The notes under the pieces were generated by a model. That model worked only from the letters and a program-made list of their open reading frames with translations, was not told the DNA's origin and made no database searches. Positions 33,660 to 43,031 of a stretch of 64,000 nucleotides of DNA are shown one piece after another. Position 1 is the first letter of the stretch; each line of letters begins with the position of its first letter. A program made the position numbers and the translations under genes. The stretch covers positions 2,084 to 66,083 of the forward strand of contig JAQBZH010000007.1 in the NCBI GenBank assembly GCA_027622005.1. The letters are read 5' to 3'. This stretch comes from Bacteroidota bacterium. Its GTDB lineage: Bacteria; Bacteroidota; Rhodothermia; Rhodothermales; UBA10348.

Positions 33660-36086
33660 ATGATCAAAAACTATCTACGTATTACTTACCGCAATGTAAT
33701 GCGTCAAAAAGGGTACTCTTTCATTAATATATTCGGCCTAGCGACCGGGCTTGCCGCCTTTGTCTTGATTGTGCTTTTTGTTCAAAATGAGCTCGATTTT
33801 GATGCGATGCACGTCCACCGCAACGATGTGTACCGCGTCCTTTTAGATGCTGAGGTTGCCGACCAAGCTGTTCTATTAGCAGTATCCCCTGCGGTAATGG
33901 CAACTCAATTCTTAGATACCTATCCAGAGATTTTTGCCGCTACTCGAATCAACAATTTTTCGTCTGAAGCCTTAATGTCGGTCAACAACGTGCCTTACTA
34001 CGAAAAGGACGTATTTGAGGCCGATTCGAGTGTATTTGACGTGTTTACGTTTCCGCTAATCGAGGGCGATCCAGCAACGGCCCTTAATAAGCCTGGGACG
34101 GTCGTGTTGAGCGAATCGGTGGCTAAGAAATATTTCGGCGATGCTTCTGCGATGGGTCAAACCATTCGGCACGACAACAAGCAAGACTATGTTGTAACTG
34201 GAGTCATGAAGGATCTGCCGCATAACACGCATTTCAGGCCAAGCATTCTGCTCACTTTTTTGTCAAATAGACGCGTGGACGACCAAGAGTGGTTGAACAA
34301 TTCCTTTTTTACGTATTTGCGGTTGCAAGAAGGGTCTAACCCCCAAGATTTAGAAGCCAAGTTTCCTGACTTTTTGAAAACCTTTGTGGGGCCGGGTATT
34401 GAGAGATTTATGGGTCAATCCTACGAAGCGGCTCTTGAATCGGGGTTCAAGTACAACTGGAAGCTCGAACCCATGTCGGAAATCTACCTTTATTCCAAAT
34501 CCGAAGAGCAGCTGGGCAAGGTTGGTGATATCAGGTACCTATACATTTTAGGAGCCATAGCACTTTTTGTACTAGCCATCGCATGCGTCAATTTTACGAA
34601 TCTATCGACGGCTCGTGCCACCGGCCGGGCTCGTGAAGTCGGAATTCGGAAAACTATGGGCTCTGATAGAGGGCAACTTATCCGGCAGTTTCTGGGAGAA
34701 TCGATTACCATGGCGACGCTATCGATGGTCATTGCCTTTGGTTTAGTCCTGTTGAGTTTGCCCTACTTTTCCTCGCTTGCAGACGCCCAATTGAGCATTG
34801 CTCCCTGGGTGTTCGGCGCTCTCGTCCTGATTGCGTTGTCAACCGGACTCGTCGCTGGCCTGTATCCTGCACTGGTCTTATCTAGTTTTAATCCGGCAAC
34901 GGTTTTGAAAGGATCTTTCGCCAGAAGCAAGCAAGGCACCTTGGTTCGATCCGTGTTAGTTGTTTTTCAGTTCAGCATCTCGATCATGTTGTTGGTTGGA
35001 ACCGGCGTGGTTTATAAGCAACTCGATTTTATGAAGAATCGAGATCTCGGATTCCAAAAAGAGCAAATTGTAGTCCTCCCTGAAGAAACCCAAAACGGGA
35101 CTGCCACTTTTGAAACGTTTAAGAATCGGGTTCTGACTCATCCGGGCGTCATAGCAGCCGCATCGGCTGGTCTGATTCCGGGTCCCAATCACATCCATGA
35201 CACCCAAGGATTTCGTTCCGAGAACATGGGTCAAGACGAGTTTTTTGTTGCTGCACAAGGGGAGGTCACCAATGACTATGTCGAAACTCTCGGCCTTCGA
35301 TTGGCGGCAGGGAGGGACTTTGACGTAAAATTTAATACAGATTCCACGGCCTTTGTGATCAACGAAGCGGCGGCTAAACAAATGGGGTATTCGCCCGAAG
35401 AAGCGATCGGTAAAAAACTTGCTCGGTTGGGTGGAAATCCGGATGATTCCGATCGTTGGGCAACCATTATCGGCGTCGTGGAAGATGCCAATTTTTTATC
35501 GCTTCACACCGCTGTTCAACCTATCGTGTTTGGCCGTTGGCTTGATGATCAGCGATACGCTGTCGTTCGCATTCACCCCGAAAACGTAGATGAAACACTT
35601 GCCTTCTTGGAGGAGGCTTGGACCGCATGGGAGCCGGGATATCCTTTCCGATACTTTTTCATGGATGATGATTATCAGACGTTTTACGAGCAAGAGCAAC
35701 GACTCGGGAGCATATACTCCTACTTTACGTTTCTGGCGGTCATGATTGCATGTTTGGGGCTGTTTGGGCTGGCGTCCTTCGTGACCACGCAGCGTACTAA
35801 GGAGATCGGCGTCAGAAAAGTGATGGGAGCATCGGTTCCGCGCATTGTAGTATTGCTTTCTAAGGAATTTACGGTCCTAGTTCTTGTGGCCTGCTTTGTT
35901 GGGTTTCCGGTAGCTTGGTATGCCATGTCGAAATGGCTCCAAGATTTTGCCTATGCAACGACCATTGGATGGGGCATATTTGCGATAGCCGGAGTTTCGG
36001 CCCTGTTGATCGCTTGGTTAACGGTCAGTTATCAGTCGATTCGAGCAGCGACTTGCAATCCGGTTGAAGCGCTCAGGTACGAGTAA
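33660..36086 (+). CDS. Double FtsX-domain (MacB-like) permease, no prefix, no PadR, no ATPase (ADOP-like), copy 2
   Basis: The ATG at 33660 gives MIKNYLRITYRNVMRQKGYSFINIFGLATGLA, the canonical permease N-terminus. The track start at 33588 adds 24 implausible residues. It has the same two-repeat topology as 23214-25865 and 53822-56494. Confidence 0.85.
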   Translation: MIKNYLRITYRNVMRQKGYSFINIFGLATGLAAFVLIVLFVQNELDFDAMHVHRNDVYRVLLDAEVADQAVLLAVSPAVMATQFLDTYPEIFAATRINNFSSEALMSVNNVPYYEKDVFEADSSVFDVFTFPLIEGDPATALNKPGTVVLSESVAKKYFGDASAMGQTIRHDNKQDYVVTGVMKDLPHNTHFRPSILLTFLSNRRVDDQEWLNNSFFTYLRLQEGSNPQDLEAKFPDFLKTFVGPGIERFMGQSYEAALESGFKYNWKLEPMSEIYLYSKSEEQLGKVGDIRYLYILGAIALFVLAIACVNFTNLSTARATGRAREVGIRKTMGSDRGQLIRQFLGESITMATLSMVIAFGLVLLSLPYFSSLADAQLSIAPWVFGALVLIALSTGLVAGLYPALVLSSFNPATVLKGSFARSKQGTLVRSVLVVFQFSISIMLLVGTGVVYKQLDFMKNRDLGFQKEQIVVLPEETQNGTATFETFKNRVLTHPGVIAAASAGLIPGPNHIHDTQGFRSENMGQDEFFVAAQGEVTNDYVETLGLRLAAGRDFDVKFNTDSTAFVINEAAAKQMGYSPEEAIGKKLARLGGNPDDSDRWATIIGVVEDANFLSLHTAVQPIVFGRWLDDQRYAVVRIHPENVDETLAFLEEAWTAWEPGYPFRYFFMDDDYQTFYEQEQRLGSIYSYFTFLAVMIACLGLFGLASFVTTQRTKEIGVRKVMGASVPRIVVLLSKEFTVLVLVACFVGFPVAWYAMSKWLQDFAYATTIGWGIFAIAGVSALLIAWLTVSYQSIRAATCNPVEALRYE

Positions 36087-36088
36087 CC

Positions 36089-36144
36089 GTGGCAACTTCA
36101 CTGTGGCAACTACGCCGTGGCAACTTCACTGTGGCAACTTCACC
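36089..36144. repeat. Four tandem copies of a 14-bp unit (GTGGCAACTTCACT / GTGGCAACTACGCC / GTGGCAACTTCACT / GTGGCAACTTCACC)
   Basis: Read directly from the sequence. It starts 3 nt after the permease stop codon (36084-36086) and ends 50 nt before the next gene's ATG (36195). Confidence 0.9.
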
Positions 36145-36194
36145 TTACAAACGGGTCTTCCAAATTCTGAATCGACTCAATTTTGCCCAGTAAA

Positions 36195-36950
36195 ATGTCC
36201 CGTAATCTCCTCTACCTGATCTGTCTGGTTCTCTTGACCGGTTGTGCCAACGCCAGAATGGCGGCGGAACTAAAATCCATCGGGTTTGAGTGGGTACCGC
36301 TACCTGGAGGTTCGTTTACCATGGGTGACGTCTATTTAGGTGATAATCTGGACGCTCAACCTGTGCATTCGGTGCAGCTAGCCCCATTTTATATATCGAA
36401 ATACGAGACCACGCTGGATCAGTATGACTGGTTTACGGCTCAATCTGGGCGTGAAATGGTCTTTCCAGAGCAAACAGATCGCGGTCGTCGCGCAGTGAAT
36501 CGGATTGACTGGTTTGATGCCGAAGCATTTTGTTCTTTCATCGGAGGTCGGTTGCCGACTGAAACCGAATGGGAATATGCTGCTTCAGGGGGAAGCTTGA
36601 AGCAAATGTATCCGGGTACCAATGATGAAGTTGAGGCCGAAGAATACATCCGATATATCCTTAACTCCATCGCAGAAGTCTTTCCTGTCGCGACGAAAAA
36701 ACAAAATGCCTTCGGTCTATTCGATATGGGTGGAAATGTAGCCGAATGGATCGGAATGTTTTATGAGTACTATCCAGCACCTGGAAACCAACCCAAAGAT
36801 TTCGATTTAGCCAATAGAGACCTCCGGCTTATAAGGGGCGGAGGCTATTCCGCCGATTTATTCCTGACCAGGACGTATTGGAGGGCTGGAACGCTCGGCA
36901 AGGTTGCTGCTCCCGGGGTCGGGGTGCGATGCGCGAAGGACGCAAAATGA
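36195..36950 (+). CDS. Formylglycine-generating-enzyme (SUMF1/FGE-sulfatase) domain lipoprotein
   Basis: The ATG at 36195 gives MSRNLLYLICLVLLTGC, a lipobox. WVPLPGGSFTMGD, RLPTETEWEYAASGG, NAFGLFDMGGNVAEW, RLIRGGGYS and GVGVRCAKD are typical FGE-sulfatase family blocks. Confidence 0.8.
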   Translation: MSRNLLYLICLVLLTGCANARMAAELKSIGFEWVPLPGGSFTMGDVYLGDNLDAQPVHSVQLAPFYISKYETTLDQYDWFTAQSGREMVFPEQTDRGRRAVNRIDWFDAEAFCSFIGGRLPTETEWEYAASGGSLKQMYPGTNDEVEAEEYIRYILNSIAEVFPVATKKQNAFGLFDMGGNVAEWIGMFYEYYPAPGNQPKDFDLANRDLRLIRGGGYSADLFLTRTYWRAGTLGKVAAPGVGVRCAKDAK

Positions 36951-37023
36951 ATTTGAAGGGCGTCTCGGAATAAAAGACAAAACACTCTTCTTTTTCATAT
37001 TTTCCGGTTTCATTTTCAAGAAA

Positions 37024-37048
37024 CCTTATTTAGATTCAATCTAAATAA
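37024..37048. promoter_or_regulatory. Perfect 11-bp inverted repeat CTTATTTAGAT-tca-ATCTAAATAAG upstream of feoA (candidate metalloregulator operator)
   Basis: Read directly from the sequence. Its centre is about 115 nt upstream of the first feoA ATG (37152). It is AT-rich and dyad-symmetric, as expected of a Fur-type or similar operator, but it does not match the enterobacterial Fur box. Confidence 0.4.
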
Positions 37049-37151
37049 GATGTAACTTATTCGTACGTCGTGTAACAAACCGGGCCTGCGTCACTTTGAT
37101 TTCCGAGCTAGGACTTGGAAAATCAGCGCGGAACCAGTCAAAAATTTAATA

Positions 37152-37394
37152 ATGAGCCCCATTCACGTACCCCAGCCGTTAACCAGCTTTTCCACGGGCG
37201 TCTTGGTACAGTTGGCTTTTTTTGCGCTAGGGGATCCGGAAGCCCAGCGCCTTAGAGAATTGGGGGTCATAGAAGGCAACCAAATTCACATCCTGAAAAA
37301 TGGGGACTCCTTTGTTTGTTGCGTTGAATCGAGTCGCATTGCGCTTCGGCGCGAAGTCGCGATGAACGTATTTGGAACTCCGGTGGTGTTATGA
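37152..37394 (+). CDS. feoA: FeoA-family protein (copy 1)
   Basis: 80 aa SH3-like FeoA pattern (RLRELGVIEGNQIHILKNGDSFVCCVESSRIALRREVAMNVF), directly upstream of feoB. Confidence 0.8.
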   Translation: MSPIHVPQPLTSFSTGVLVQLAFFALGDPEAQRLRELGVIEGNQIHILKNGDSFVCCVESSRIALRREVAMNVFGTPVVL

Positions 37395-37621
37395 CTTTGG
37401 CCGATCTTAAACCGGGGGACAAGGCAATCGTCAAGGGCTGGAGCAGCAGTGTCCCTCCCCTCAGACTGATGGAGCATGGGATTTTACCGGGAACGGTAGT
37501 TGAAATCGTGAGATTTGCTCCGCTCGGGGATCCTGTTGATATTAAAGTCAGGGGATTTCATTTGAGTATTCGAAAAGAAGACGCTGCACAAATTATTTTA
37601 GAAACGGAGTTTCCAGCCTAA
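37391..37621 (+). CDS. feoA: FeoA-family protein (copy 2)
   Basis: 76 aa. LADLKPGDKAIVKGW...RLMEHGILPGTVVEIVRFAPLGDPVDIKVRGFHLSIRKEDAAQI is the canonical FeoA pattern. Its start overlaps the stop of copy 1 in an ATGA. Confidence 0.9.
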   Translation: MTLADLKPGDKAIVKGWSSSVPPLRLMEHGILPGTVVEIVRFAPLGDPVDIKVRGFHLSIRKEDAAQIILETEFPA

Positions 37622-37623
37622 CG

Positions 37624-39891
37624 GTGTCCAAGTCCAGCGTCCATACTAATCTGAAGCAAGTGGCCAAACTGAAGCGAGTGGCCTTGATTGGAAACCCAAA
37701 CGTTGGAAAAACGACCGTTTTCAACGTCTTGACCGGAATGCGGCAGAAGGTAGGCAATTATCCGGGAGTCACAGTCGAGAAGAAGACGGGCCGGATGGAT
37801 GGTGAGGTTCCCATTGAGATTATTGACCTGCCAGGTTCATACAGTCTAAGTCCAAAGTCGCTGGACGAACGAATTGCTTATGACGTGCTTTCCGGGCATT
37901 TAGCTAATGAGCCTAGGCCAGACTTGGTAGTTTGCATTGTAGATGCCAGCAATTTGGAGCGTAATCTTTACCTGGTTACGCAAGTTCTGGATCTTGGACT
38001 ACCCGTCATTGTCGCCCTGAACATGATGGATGCGGCGGAAGCAGCTGGATTGGTTATCGATTTGAAACTGCTTTCCGAAAAACTGGGCGTTCCCGTTCTT
38101 CCGATGTCAGCATCTAAAAACGAGGGGATCGGAAAGCTCAAATATCAAATCAGAAGAACGGATTTGACCGTCGCTCCGGAGCGTAGTTGGACGCTCATGC
38201 CGGCTGTTGAAGTTGAGATTCCTGCTCTCATTCAGATTCTAGCCGAGGAGGCCCCCAAAGTACCCGAGCGGCAGCGATTTATCGAAGTCCTACAGTGCCT
38301 GACCAGCGACACCATGCTGGATTACTGGAACAAATGGGCGCCCAATTTTCAAAAAGAAGTCCAGCAAGCCCGTTTGAGGCTCTTGTCCAATAAAGTACCG
38401 TATCAACAAGCCGAGGTAATTGGTCGATATGGCTGGCTGAGTCCTCTTGTAGCGCAAGTGGTTACGCGGAAGAAAAACGTTGGAGATGCGTCCGTTTCAG
38501 ATAAAATCGACGCCGTACTAACCCATCGGGTCTTCGGCCCGCTCTTTTTCGGGCTGATTTTGCTCCTCATATTTCAGGCCGTGTTTTCGTGGGCTACCCC
38601 GTTAATGGATCTTATAGAGTCCAGCGTTATCGGGCTGGGAGCGATCATTAGGGCCTCTTTTCCTGCTGGAATGGCCACAGATTTGTTGGTCGATGGAGTC
38701 GTGTCTGGTGTGGGAAACGTGGTGGTCTTTTTACCGCAAATTCTGTTGCTGTTCTTCTTTCTAGGGCTCATGGAAGACACCGGGTACATGGCCCGTTCAG
38801 CTTTTATTATGGACCGGTTGATGAGCCGCGTTGGACTCGGCGGGGGCTCGGTCGTGCCGCTCCTTTCGTCCTTTGCATGTGCCATTCCAGGTATAATGGC
38901 GGCGAGGACGCTAGCCAATCCCAAGGATCGGTTGATAACTATCATGGTCGCTCCACTTATGAGTTGTTCGGCCAGATTACCGGTCTATACGCTCTTTATT
39001 GCGGCGTTTCTTCCAACGGGTAAAGTGTTGGGTCTCATCACCTTTCAGGGTTTGGCCATGTTTTCGATGTACTTACTCGGAACCGTGATGGCATTCGTGG
39101 CCTCTATGGTGCTTAAGCGCATAGTGTTTAAAGGCGAGTCCTCCTTTTTTGCCATGGAATTGCCCCCGTATCGAATGCCTCGATTCAAGCAGATATTTTG
39201 GCGGATGATTGATCGTTCCAAAGCGTTTGTGATTCGGGCCGGTAAGATCATTTTTGGAATGTCCATCATTCTCTGGGGGCTTGCCCGCTTTCCGGTTACG
39301 GAGCCTAGTGCAGAAATCGCCTTGCTTCGGAGTTCAGCAGACACGGTTTTTGAGCAAAGGGTTGATAGTCTTGCGTCGATAGGTGTGCCGTATGCGGAGG
39401 CATCAGAGCAAATCGGCGCGGAAATGGCCTCGAGATATCGTCGAGTTGACGCTGCGGAGGCCGGTTTTCAGATTGAGCATAGTTTCATCGGAAAAATTGG
39501 ACATACGCTCGAGCCCGTCATGCGTCCATTAGGTTTTGACTGGAAAATCAGTGCCGGGATCGTGTCGGCCTTTGCGGCTCGGGAAGTTATTATCTCGGCG
39601 CTGGCAACGATTTACAGCGTAGGGGACGTCGGAGAAGACAGCCCGCTACTTCGGGAAAAATTAAAAGCAGATACCTATCCCAACGGAGACCCGGTGTACA
39701 CGCCGCTGGTAGCCGTCAGTCTCTTGGTCTTCTTTGTTTTGGCGCTTCAGTGTATGAGCACCCTGGCCATAGCCAAACGTGAAACCAATTCCTGGAAATG
39801 GCCGGCCGTTATGTGGTTATATATGACGGGATTGGCTTATCTCTTCTCCCTCATCATCTACCAGGGCGGAATGGCGCTCGGCTGGGGATAG
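37624..39891 (+). CDS. feoB: Ferrous iron transporter FeoB
   Basis: 755 aa with a GTG start. The N-terminal G-domain has LIGNPNVGKTTVFNVLTG, DLPGSYSL and ALNMMD. It is followed by a polytopic gate/nucleoside-recognition membrane domain. Confidence 0.95.
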   Translation: MSKSSVHTNLKQVAKLKRVALIGNPNVGKTTVFNVLTGMRQKVGNYPGVTVEKKTGRMDGEVPIEIIDLPGSYSLSPKSLDERIAYDVLSGHLANEPRPDLVVCIVDASNLERNLYLVTQVLDLGLPVIVALNMMDAAEAAGLVIDLKLLSEKLGVPVLPMSASKNEGIGKLKYQIRRTDLTVAPERSWTLMPAVEVEIPALIQILAEEAPKVPERQRFIEVLQCLTSDTMLDYWNKWAPNFQKEVQQARLRLLSNKVPYQQAEVIGRYGWLSPLVAQVVTRKKNVGDASVSDKIDAVLTHRVFGPLFFGLILLLIFQAVFSWATPLMDLIESSVIGLGAIIRASFPAGMATDLLVDGVVSGVGNVVVFLPQILLLFFFLGLMEDTGYMARSAFIMDRLMSRVGLGGGSVVPLLSSFACAIPGIMAARTLANPKDRLITIMVAPLMSCSARLPVYTLFIAAFLPTGKVLGLITFQGLAMFSMYLLGTVMAFVASMVLKRIVFKGESSFFAMELPPYRMPRFKQIFWRMIDRSKAFVIRAGKIIFGMSIILWGLARFPVTEPSAEIALLRSSADTVFEQRVDSLASIGVPYAEASEQIGAEMASRYRRVDAAEAGFQIEHSFIGKIGHTLEPVMRPLGFDWKISAGIVSAFAAREVIISALATIYSVGDVGEDSPLLREKLKADTYPNGDPVYTPLVAVSLLVFFVLALQCMSTLAIAKRETNSWKWPAVMWLYMTGLAYLFSLIIYQGGMALGWG

Positions 39892-39940
39892 GTCGTCTAC
39901 GCTACGGGAGCTCAGCGTGTAATTCACCTCCCGGTTCGAC

Positions 39941-41836
39941 CTAAATCACCCCAGCATACATTTCGTCAATCAATTCGTTGTAATGCGCATTGATTACCTT
40001 TCTTTTGAGCTTCATGGTCGGAGTCATCATGCCATTTTCAATCGAAAAGGGTTCTAGGACAAGCCGAAAATCGCGAATCTTTTCGTGCGCAGCGGCCTGC
40101 CTGGAATAGGACTTAAATAGCTGCGCAAATACCCGTTGAACCTCTTCCGTCGCCAAAATGTCTTGCAATTTAACAGCCGCGATTCCTTGCTCTTTAGCGT
40201 AGTTTTTGATCACTTCTTCGTCCGGAACTACCAGCGCCGTTAAAAACTCTCTGGCCTCTCCAACAACCATGATCTGATCGATCCAGGGCTCATGCTTGAA
40301 TCCTTCTTCGATGGGGCCCGGATAAATATTTTTACCGCCGGCAGACACAATCATGTGCTTAATGCGGTCGGTTATGACTAAAAATCCGTCATCAAAACAG
40401 CCTACGTCGCCCGTGTGATACCAACCGCTACTGTCGATAGCCTCCCGAGTGGCTTCTTCATTGTTCCAATAGCCTTTCATGATATTGGGGCCTTTGGCCA
40501 GAATTTCCCCCGCCTTAGAGGTCAACTTACTTGGATAGTCATCGCCGGTAAGTTGTGCGATAACATTACCCGAATCTAAATCCTGAATCCCAATCGTGAC
40601 GCCTGGAATGATATGTCCAACAGCTCCATATCTAGGATTACTAAATGGGGTGATACTCAGTACTGGAGAGGTTTCGGTTAAGCCATACCCTTCCACGATC
40701 GTGATACCCGTTGCAAAAAAGAATTCGCCAATGGCTTTGGGTAGGGCGGCGCCGCCGGAAACCCCAAATTCGATGCTTCCGCCCAGTTTCGCATGCAATT
40801 TTGAGAATACCAATTTGTGGGCTAATGACTTCTGGGCTTTCAAAATGAGCCCCGGATTTCCCCCTCTGGTCTTAATCGTATGATATTTCATTCCGACTTT
40901 CAGCGCCCAATGAAAGACTTTCCGTTTGGAGGAGGACCCCTCCTCTACCGACTTCAAAACGGAATTAAAAATCTTCTCATACAGTCGAGGAACGGAGAGT
41001 AATACCGTGGGCTTGACTTCCAGAATGTCCCGGGTAACGGTATCAACACTTCGGGCATAGGATATGACCATTCCGGTCGCGATCGTTCCCAAATAGCCAC
41101 CCAAGCGCTCAAATGAATGACATAGTGGCAAAAATGATAGATGTCTCCCGCCTTTTTCAAACGGAAGCCGCTGTATGGCCGCTTTTAGATTCGAACATAG
41201 GTTTTCATGCGTTAGCATGACCCCTTTCGGGTTTCCGGTGGTACCAGAAGTGTAAATTAGGGCGGAAAGATCGCTGGGTTTAACCGCGGCTTCATTGGCG
41301 CGGATCGCATCCTTAAACTCCTCATAAAGTCCTGCGCCACTCGTCATTGCTTCGTCAAATAAATCGACGTAATCCACGTCTTCCCCCTCGGCCTTGGTGG
41401 CTACCATCGACACGATTTTTTTTAACTGAGGGCACAAATCGTAAATCTGAAGGGCCTTCTTGAGCTGAATTCCGGTCGAAACTATAAAAATGCTAGCTTG
41501 CGAGTCATGAATGATATACGACACTTCGTTTGCAGGAAGGGTCGTATACAACGATACGTTTACGGCTCCAAGTAATTGAGTGGCCATATCAGTAAACGCC
41601 CACTCCGGTCGGTTTTCAGACAAAATGGCTACGCGATCTCCGGGACGCACCCCTTGGGCGTACAAATAGCCGGTCATCGCATGGACCTGATATTGAAAAT
41701 TTTCCCAGGTGATGTCCGTCCACTCTTTGGTGTCCTTGTCAACATGCCGGAGAACCACTTGATCGGTCCCAGAATGATACTTGACCAGCCCGTTAAAAAG
41801 CTGGGGTACGGTATTGAAATCTACGAGTGCTGGCAT
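39941..41836 (-). CDS. fadD: Long-chain fatty acid-CoA ligase (AMP-forming, ANL superfamily)
   Basis: 631 aa. It has the AMP-binding signature IYTSGTTGNPKGVMLTH, plus GYGLTETS, YHTGDVG and GGKNIYP. Its size and insertions are typical of the long-chain ACSL-like subgroup. Confidence 0.85.
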   Translation of the reverse strand: MPALVDFNTVPQLFNGLVKYHSGTDQVVLRHVDKDTKEWTDITWENFQYQVHAMTGYLYAQGVRPGDRVAILSENRPEWAFTDMATQLLGAVNVSLYTTLPANEVSYIIHDSQASIFIVSTGIQLKKALQIYDLCPQLKKIVSMVATKAEGEDVDYVDLFDEAMTSGAGLYEEFKDAIRANEAAVKPSDLSALIYTSGTTGNPKGVMLTHENLCSNLKAAIQRLPFEKGGRHLSFLPLCHSFERLGGYLGTIATGMVISYARSVDTVTRDILEVKPTVLLSVPRLYEKIFNSVLKSVEEGSSSKRKVFHWALKVGMKYHTIKTRGGNPGLILKAQKSLAHKLVFSKLHAKLGGSIEFGVSGGAALPKAIGEFFFATGITIVEGYGLTETSPVLSITPFSNPRYGAVGHIIPGVTIGIQDLDSGNVIAQLTGDDYPSKLTSKAGEILAKGPNIMKGYWNNEEATREAIDSSGWYHTGDVGCFDDGFLVITDRIKHMIVSAGGKNIYPGPIEEGFKHEPWIDQIMVVGEAREFLTALVVPDEEVIKNYAKEQGIAAVKLQDILATEEVQRVFAQLFKSYSRQAAAHEKIRDFRLVLEPFSIENGMMTPTMKLKRKVINAHYNELIDEMYAGVI

Positions 41837-41868
41837 AGACTGTAGCCTAAAAATGGTAAAAAGGGGGT

Positions 41869-42972
41869 CTACTGAGCTTCGAGCCCAACAACTTTTTTAA
41901 GGGTGGAATGCCCATCATCTTCCATTAAACGAACCAATCCTTGCTTGATGGAGCGAATGAGGCCCGGCCCCTCATAAACTAAACCTGTATAAACTTGAAT
42001 GAGAGAGGCACCGGCTTTGATCCGCTCATAGGCATGCTCGGCGCTAGCTATTCCGCCAACTCCAATTATAGGGACGCGTCCTTCGGTCTTGCGATACAAG
42101 TATTTAACCAGCCCGTTGGCGCGGGCACGTATAGGCTGGCCACTCAGTCCACCATTTCCGATCGCTTCGATCCGGCTCGGAGAAGTCACCAGACCGTCAC
42201 GATCGGTTGCCGTGTTGCTGGCAATGAAACCGCTTACTCCATGGGCCAGCGAAACCAAAATCATTTCGTCATAAAAACTATCCAATACGAACTTGGAGGC
42301 CGATGGAGGCGACATCTTGACCAAAACGGGTACTTTTCGAGCCATCCGGGATCGCTCTTGCATGATGGCCCTAAGCAGATCGTCAAGCGAATTGGGATCC
42401 TCAAACGTCTTTCCTTCCGTCGTGTTGGGACAGGAAATATTGAGCGCAATGTAATCGGCGTATGGTGCGACTATTTGGAAGCTTTCGCAGAAGTCAGCGA
42501 TAGCGGCGTCACCGTAAATCGAAGCGTCGTGAGTCTTGACGATGTTGATCCCAATCGGGAAAGCACCCAGACCTGCAAACCGCCTCAAACGGGGCGCAAT
42601 GGCAGCTGCCCCGGCGTTGTTAAGCCCCATCCGATTAATTAAGGCCTCATCTTCAGGGAGTCGGAAAGCGCGAGGTCGCTTATTGCCTTTGCATCGTTTA
42701 GCACTGATTGATCCGACTTCGACAAACCCACACCCTGCCTTTCTAAAAAAGGGAATCAATTGGGCATTTTTGTCAAAACCAGCCGCCAGGCCCACAGGGT
42801 TTGCAAACGTTTTGCCTAAAATTTCCTGGTGCAAACTCGGATGCGCAAACTCGAACATCGAATCCAACAGAAATGGCGTCGCTTTCTGTGCGATTCGCGC
42901 GGCAGTCGTTGCAACCCCATGGGCTCCTTCGGCGCTCAGCAAGAATAACAAAGATCGGAGTTTTGAATACAT
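41869..42972 (-). CDS. pyrD: Dihydroorotate dehydrogenase (quinone), class 2
   Basis: 367 aa. It has an N-terminal membrane-association helix pair and the blocks NPVGLAAGFDKN, FVEVGSI, FRLPEDEALINRMGLNNAG, NISCPNT and GGLSG. Confidence 0.9.
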   Translation of the reverse strand: MYSKLRSLLFLLSAEGAHGVATTAARIAQKATPFLLDSMFEFAHPSLHQEILGKTFANPVGLAAGFDKNAQLIPFFRKAGCGFVEVGSISAKRCKGNKRPRAFRLPEDEALINRMGLNNAGAAAIAPRLRRFAGLGAFPIGINIVKTHDASIYGDAAIADFCESFQIVAPYADYIALNISCPNTTEGKTFEDPNSLDDLLRAIMQERSRMARKVPVLVKMSPPSASKFVLDSFYDEMILVSLAHGVSGFIASNTATDRDGLVTSPSRIEAIGNGGLSGQPIRARANGLVKYLYRKTEGRVPIIGVGGIASAEHAYERIKAGASLIQVYTGLVYEGPGLIRSIKQGLVRLMEDDGHSTLKKVVGLEAQ

Positions 42973-43031
42973 CGCTGCAGAAAGTCTTAGGCACGTGAAA
43001 TCCTAAGATACATCATCCTGCAACGGGTCTC

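Noticed and set aside
36089-36144. Tandem 14-bp repeats as a possible CRISPR array
   Set aside because: The repeats are contiguous with no spacers. The units are far shorter than CRISPR repeats, and there are no cas genes in the window.
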